Origin: Flavobacteriales bacterium
Lineage (GTDB): Bacteria > Bacteroidota > Bacteroidia > Flavobacteriales > TMED113
NCBI GenBank assembly: GCA_002718035.1
Contig: PBCX01000005.1
Location: forward strand, 30,359-94,358
Direction of reading: 5' to 3'
DNA: 64,000 nt
Positions within the stretch are counted from its first letter, which is position 1. The number at the start of each line of letters is the position of its first letter. Below, in pieces: positions 59,284 to 64,000 of this stretch. The notes below the pieces were generated by a model. That model had not been told where the DNA came from. It saw only the letters and a list, made by a program, of their open reading frames with translations, and searched no databases. A program made the position numbers and the translations under genes.

Positions 59284-61498
59284 TTTTTATTAAAATAGGA
59301 ACGTAATTTTGGTCATTAATTTCTAAAAAGTAAAATCCAGCATTAGTAAGATTGATTTCATGTAAACCTTTATTAAGTTCTTTAGACATAATTAGTTTAC
59401 CATGTATATCATAAATTTTAATATTATTTGAATCGGTATTTAAATTTAAATTAAATGCTCCGTTACTTGGATTAGGGAATAAATTATATACTTGATCAAT
59501 CTCATTTATTCCAATATTGAAATTACAGTTAAATTGGTAAAAGATATTTTCGCCCGTATTTCCATTTAAATCAGCCATTTCAAAAACATTAATAATAAAA
59601 CTGGATGAGTTTACATTGGTGAGTGAAATTATAATTTTTGTTGGGTCAAAAATATCCATAGAAACACTTTGAATGTCACCACCACTAACATAGAAATTTA
59701 AATCATTTACGTATGAATTATCAATTTCTTCATTAAAAAATAAATATATAAAGTAGTTATTTCCAACTTCATAACATTCATGGTTAGCTATGTATGGTGG
59801 TGTTGTGTCTGCTCCTGATTCAATATCAGACGGCATTCGTAAATCTACTTTCCAGTCATTGAAAGTTGAGGAAACAATACCTTTAATTGTGTATACTTCA
59901 CCAATTTCTTCGTCATGTTCATAACCATCAGGTGTATTGTGAATACCACATGTGCCAGAGCCATCATTCACATTCCAAACACCATATCCGTTTGCATTTG
60001 ATGTACATTCAACATCAATCATTTTAATTAAAACTCCTTCGTATTGTTCTTGTAAAGCTTCACCACTTGTTACCAGAATTGGTTCAGGAATTGGATTGTT
60101 ATTACTAATTATGTAAATATCTTCTGGTTGATAAATTTCAGTTGTTCCAGGACCGTCACACAAGGAGCCATCATCCCAGCAAAATTCACTTACTTCACCT
60201 ACTACAATCACGCTATCGCCCATTTGAGGTAGGCCAGCGCTACTGTAAATATAAATTCCTGACCAGGGTTCGGATCCATTTTGAATGTAAAAACTATTTG
60301 CAAATGCTCCGGTTACAATTCCAGTTGTATTTACAAACTGTCCTTCATAAGGGGAGGATTCTGACTCGCCTTGAATTTCATTAATTGGAGTTATAACTCC
60401 ATCGAATGGAAATGGTGGTATTATCTCAGAGCCATAAAATATTTGTGAAACTTCATCACAAATAGTAGCAGTTATATTGTAGCAAAACATTGTGTTATAT
60501 GGTTGTGCAGGAATTTGACATTCATAATTCCCATTCTCATTTAAGCTCATATTTATACCACTAGATGTGTCCCACCAGCTATTTCCAAAATTTAAAGTCA
60601 TATTTTCAACAGGACAATTAATGGCACTAATTATATTAGCTGATATTATGAAAGTTGAGCCTCCTTCAATATTTTCAGGATTAATAGAAACATTAGAAAA
60701 TTGTATAGGATTAACATTTGGTTCTTCTTCAGAAAATATATAGTCAACAAATTCAGGATAGTCAATAAATGGGTTTCTGTTTCCTTGCCATTTAAAAATA
60801 ATATCATTTCTTCTTTTTTCAAATGCATCAGGTGGGTCTTGTTCATGCCACTGTAAAAGTGTTGATTTATCTCCAATTTGTGGATAAGGATATGTTGTTA
60901 AACCATCAACAACAACTAAGTTTGGTTCACCTGAACCTCCTTCGTATCTAACATCCATATAAAATATAATTCTGGCAATGTCTCCTTTTACCTCATCTCT
61001 AGGTTCAAAAGTTGTTGTAGTAGAATAACATGAGGTTTCAACATCTCCATTAAAAACTATATTTCCGCCATTGTCAAAATCTTTTTCTCCTCTAAATGTA
61101 TTCATACTACTATCAACAGGTTTTAAATTATGAGCATCTGAATAAGCAGGTTCTTCAAAAGGGTCTCCATTATCAAATTCTCCATGAGATTTTGGCCAAA
61201 CATGTTCTCTATTCCAGAAATCAGGTTGCATATTGGATGCAAAATCAAATTTATCGATTGAGTTACCAGAGTATACTAAGATTATATTTGAAGGATTATT
61301 TGGATCTTCATCCGATTCTCTTAAAATGTCTTTTGTTGTAGTGTAAGAATAAGAAGTGTGATCACTTATTAATTCATGAAGTTCAGATTTTAGTTCTTCT
61401 CCTGATAAACCAAAACATGATTGGTAATAATCAACTGTTTGAGAAATTGAAAAAAAAGGGGATACTGTGTATAAAAAAAAAAGTAAAAAGTATTTCAT
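59276..61498 (-). CDS. secreted multidomain endonuclease I family nuclease with T9SS C-terminal sorting domain
   Basis: I start it at ATG 61498 (MKYFLLFFLYTVSPFFSISQ signal peptide). Endonuclease I motifs FWNREHVWPKSHG, NLKPVDSSMNTFRGEKDF and GNRNPFIDYPEF. OB-like module ITPINEIQGESESSPYEGQFVNTTGIVT. C-terminal LFPNPSNGAFNLNL...YFLEI Por secretion tail. Confidence 0.8.
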   Translation of the reverse strand: MKYFLLFFLYTVSPFFSISQTVDYYQSCFGLSGEELKSELHELISDHTSYSYTTTKDILRESDEDPNNPSNIILVYSGNSIDKFDFASNMQPDFWNREHVWPKSHGEFDNGDPFEEPAYSDAHNLKPVDSSMNTFRGEKDFDNGGNIVFNGDVETSCYSTTTTFEPRDEVKGDIARIIFYMDVRYEGGSGEPNLVVVDGLTTYPYPQIGDKSTLLQWHEQDPPDAFEKRRNDIIFKWQGNRNPFIDYPEFVDYIFSEEEPNVNPIQFSNVSINPENIEGGSTFIISANIISAINCPVENMTLNFGNSWWDTSSGINMSLNENGNYECQIPAQPYNTMFCYNITATICDEVSQIFYGSEIIPPFPFDGVITPINEIQGESESSPYEGQFVNTTGIVTGAFANSFYIQNGSEPWSGIYIYSSAGLPQMGDSVIVVGEVSEFCWDDGSLCDGPGTTEIYQPEDIYIISNNNPIPEPILVTSGEALQEQYEGVLIKMIDVECTSNANGYGVWNVNDGSGTCGIHNTPDGYEHDEEIGEVYTIKGIVSSTFNDWKVDLRMPSDIESGADTTPPYIANHECYEVGNNYFIYLFFNEEIDNSYVNDLNFYVSGGDIQSVSMDIFDPTKIIISLTNVNSSSFIINVFEMADLNGNTGENIFYQFNCNFNIGINEIDQVYNLFPNPSNGAFNLNLNTDSNNIKIYDIHGKLIMSKELNKGLHEINLTNAGFYFLEINDQNYVPILIKTN

Positions 61499-61502
61499 AA
61501 TA

Positions 61503-64000
61503 TTAAAATTTATATTCAATTGATGCAATAATTCTTCTTGGCATTCCAAAAAATACAGATGCTGAAGCTGCATCAGAATTCATTGGAGAGTCTTCAACAT
61601 AACTAGAGTTATTTTCTGCATCACTAATATATGTTGAGTTTAATAAATTTAACACATTCAATTTAAAATTTAGACTAGAGTTTTTTAAATAAAAACTTTG
61701 ACCAACATGTAAACTAAATAAAGCATATCCAGGTATCTGCCAAACAGTTTTTTCTTCATTTAATGTAAATGGATCATAGTCAGAAAAGAATCTATCAAAA
61801 TAAATACCTTTTAATTTTATATAACCCTTTGCATTTTTATTGAAACTGTAATTATAACTTATACTTGATCCTATTTGTGTTTGAGGTGAGTCACCCACAT
61901 ATACTCCTTTAGCATCAAAGTAATCGCTTTCTAAAAGTTGTTGATTCAAATAAAAGTTTACTGTGTCACCTGAATTCCATTTCCAGTTCCCAATTGAGCT
62001 AAGGAACTCATATTTTAATGATTTTGATATTTTCCATGCAAAATCTAGTTCAATTCCTTGATGTAAAGCGTTGATACCATTTACATTATAAGAAACAGTT
62101 TCACCACCATCAAGTACAGTAGTTCCTGATTGAGGTTTATTTTTCCAGATAGTATTATAAGCATTCAAGTTTAAAGAGAAATTTCTTGATTTATAACCAT
62201 AGCCAAATTCAACAGCTTTAACAATTTCGTTTTTAGTATTAAAATATGTTTCATTATCATAATTGAAAACATTACTGAACCTAGGTGCTTTAGATAAAAT
62301 ACCCGTATTAATAAAAATATTATTAGATTCATCAATATTCCAATTTGCACCAGTTTTAAAAGTAAATCCTGGAAAACTTTCCCAGTTACTCTCTGTATAT
62401 CTTGCTTCTTGAGAATTAATAGTATACTCAGTCCCATTATAATTAATAGTATCATTTATACCAACGGCTTGTACTAGAATAGTATCACTAAAAACTAAAT
62501 CTTGTTTTTTAAAGTAGTCAATTCTTTTATACAAAGTTTGTGATCCTGTAACATTAATAAATGCAGAAATATCTCTATAGTTATACTCTAACTGACCAAA
62601 TACTCCGGCCCACCTAACTAATCCATCATTGTGATAATACATTTTATCGCCTTCTTGTAACATTAAATTATTCGAACTTTCTCCTACTGAATTTTTTGCC
62701 CCAGAACCTAGTGAGCCAACGTAGTAATCTCCACCTAATAAGTCATATATCTCTCTGTAGTGTTCTCCTTTATATGTTCTCAAATCTAACCCAGATGCTA
62801 AATCCAATTGATCATTTATTTTAAAATTAAAAGTAGAAAGTAAGCCACCCCAATAATGATTATTTATGGAAGAGTATAATATAGTTGTAGATTTTTTTTC
62901 AGTACTACTATAAGCTAAATCAATTGCTGGCCCACCAGGATTAATAAATGAGTTCCAAATATTTCCATGATTTACATCAAAAATATTTTGAAAATCAATT
63001 TGATTATTGGGTGTAAAAGTAAGCATTCCGCCATGCAATCCTGTTCCACCACCGTGACCAGTAGAATAATATATAACGTTAGTTAAAGAAGTGTTTTCAT
63101 TTAAATTCCATAAATGTTGAAAATTAAAATTAGGTTTATGATAATAATTTTTAAATCTGTTTACATAACGATTTTCTCCTCTAATAGTATCAATTGCCGC
63201 ACCATTTTCAAAAATAACTTGATAATTATTATATATCCCCCAGTTGGGATTATATGTTAAACCGTATCCTCCTTCAAGAGACTCTACATTAACCCCTTGA
63301 TCAGCGGCAAATTCTTTATCATAAACAGCCATTCCTGTTTGATATTTTCTTTGATCATGTTCTTGAGGGGCTCCAAATGCAGACAAAGAAAATATATGAT
63401 TTTTAAACTGTTTTTGCCATTTTAAATAATAAAAGAAACCTTTTGATCCGGTTTGATCAATTAATCCATCGGATCTTTTAAATGAACCTGCAAAATTAAA
63501 TTTACCTATTTTGAAATCTTTGGTTGTGTAAGCAAATGATGTTCTTATTGAGTTTCCATTACCTATTTCCTGCTTTATTCTCCCCCCTTCATTTGTGTCA
63601 ATTCCTTTTGTTATAATATTTATTGTTCCGCCGACTGAAGGTAATGCCAATTTAGATGCACCTAGTCCTCTTTGTACTTGAATTGTTCTTGTTAAACCAT
63701 CTAATCCAAACCAATTTGACCAGTATACCCATCCATTTTCCATGTCGTTCATTGGGACACCATCAATCATTACAGCTACATTCCTTTGATTAAATCCTCT
63801 AATATTTATTCTCACATCACCATCCCCTCCACCTGTTTGCGTTGCATATACTCCCGGTGTAGAATTTAAAAGCATTGGGATTTCTTGACCAGCTAGTTCT
63901 GATTCAATTTTTTCTAATTTAACATTGCTAAGAGATACAGGTGTTTTCCTAAATTCTGCTTGGTCACTAATTATATTAACTACATTTAATTCTTCAGTGT
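61503..64000 (-). CDS. TonB-dependent receptor (N-terminus beyond the window edge)
   Basis: The frame stays open past the track's Met at 63875 to base 64000 (...EFRKTPVSLSNVKLEKIESELAGQEIPMLLNSTPGVYATQ...). Plug motif DVRINIRGF, beta-barrel body, C-terminal ...ASIEYKF. Confidence 0.85.
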   Translation of the reverse strand, partial: TEELNVVNIISDQAEFRKTPVSLSNVKLEKIESELAGQEIPMLLNSTPGVYATQTGGGDGDVRINIRGFNQRNVAVMIDGVPMNDMENGWVYWSNWFGLDGLTRTIQVQRGLGASKLALPSVGGTINIITKGIDTNEGGRIKQEIGNGNSIRTSFAYTTKDFKIGKFNFAGSFKRSDGLIDQTGSKGFFYYLKWQKQFKNHIFSLSAFGAPQEHDQRKYQTGMAVYDKEFAADQGVNVESLEGGYGLTYNPNWGIYNNYQVIFENGAAIDTIRGENRYVNRFKNYYHKPNFNFQHLWNLNENTSLTNVIYYSTGHGGGTGLHGGMLTFTPNNQIDFQNIFDVNHGNIWNSFINPGGPAIDLAYSSTEKKSTTILYSSINNHYWGGLLSTFNFKINDQLDLASGLDLRTYKGEHYREIYDLLGGDYYVGSLGSGAKNSVGESSNNLMLQEGDKMYYHNDGLVRWAGVFGQLEYNYRDISAFINVTGSQTLYKRIDYFKKQDLVFSDTILVQAVGINDTINYNGTEYTINSQEARYTESNWESFPGFTFKTGANWNIDESNNIFINTGILSKAPRFSNVFNYDNETYFNTKNEIVKAVEFGYGYKSRNFSLNLNAYNTIWKNKPQSGTTVLDGGETVSYNVNGINALHQGIELDFAWKISKSLKYEFLSSIGNWKWNSGDTVNFYLNQQLLESDYFDAKGVYVGDSPQTQIGSSISYNYSFNKNAKGYIKLKGIYFDRFFSDYDPFTLNEEKTVWQIPGYALFSLHVGQSFYLKNSSLNFKLNVLNLLNSTYISDAENNSSYVEDSPMNSDAASASVFFGMPRRIIASIEYKF

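Noticed and set aside
1-64000. Search for CRISPR arrays, IS elements, integrases, prophage, toxin-antitoxin or defence islands, rRNA and large structured RNAs
   Set aside because: I saw no direct-repeat/spacer periodicity. Every ORF over 60 aa that is not a shadow ORF is assigned to housekeeping or envelope families. The only spacer long enough for a structured RNA (29900-30306) is A/T-rich and matches no known RNA motif that I recognise.

Overview
This is an AT-rich (by eye about 30% GC or lower), extremely gene-dense chromosomal segment. It looks like core genome of a streamlined Bacteroidota, most likely a marine Flavobacteriales lineage. Support for that placement:
- Flavobacteriia-typical synteny: CBS-nadK-DUF6089-uppS-bamA-skp-skp-murI-nfu, purH-mreBCD-mrdA-rodA, ftsX-DUF3098-uppP-truB and DUF4271-hemD.
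- A type IX secretion C-terminal sorting domain.
- TAnnTTTG-type -7 boxes, and no Shine-Dalgarno sequences in front of start codons.

I call 58 protein-coding genes (two cut by the window edges), one tRNA-Phe(GAA) and two intrinsic-terminator hairpins. From the ORF coordinates, only about 1.4 kb (about 2%) is non-coding, and many genes are coupled by ATGA or TAATG overlaps.

I found no rRNA, CRISPR array, transposase or integrase, prophage, toxin-antitoxin pair or recognisable defence gene. I do not see a convincing novel multi-gene system here; the window is essentially housekeeping (MEP/isoprenoid, tRNA modification, cell envelope, rod-shape, RNR, purine).

The observations most worth a second look:
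1. A ribonucleotide reductase whose ATP-cone sits on NrdB rather than NrdA, behind the only long non-coding spacer in the window.
2. A DnaG primase whose zinc ribbon has lost all four canonical Zn ligands.
3. A TonB-dependent receptor tightly coupled to a T9SS-secreted multidomain endonuclease I, a candidate extracellular-DNA scavenging unit.
4. A T12 homopolymer that separates the ATG and signal peptide of a beta-lactamase-family hydrolase from its body.
5. Convergent genes that overlap at their 3' ends at four of seven junctions, so terminators cannot fit.

All functional calls come from reading the supplied translations for motifs. No database search was run.
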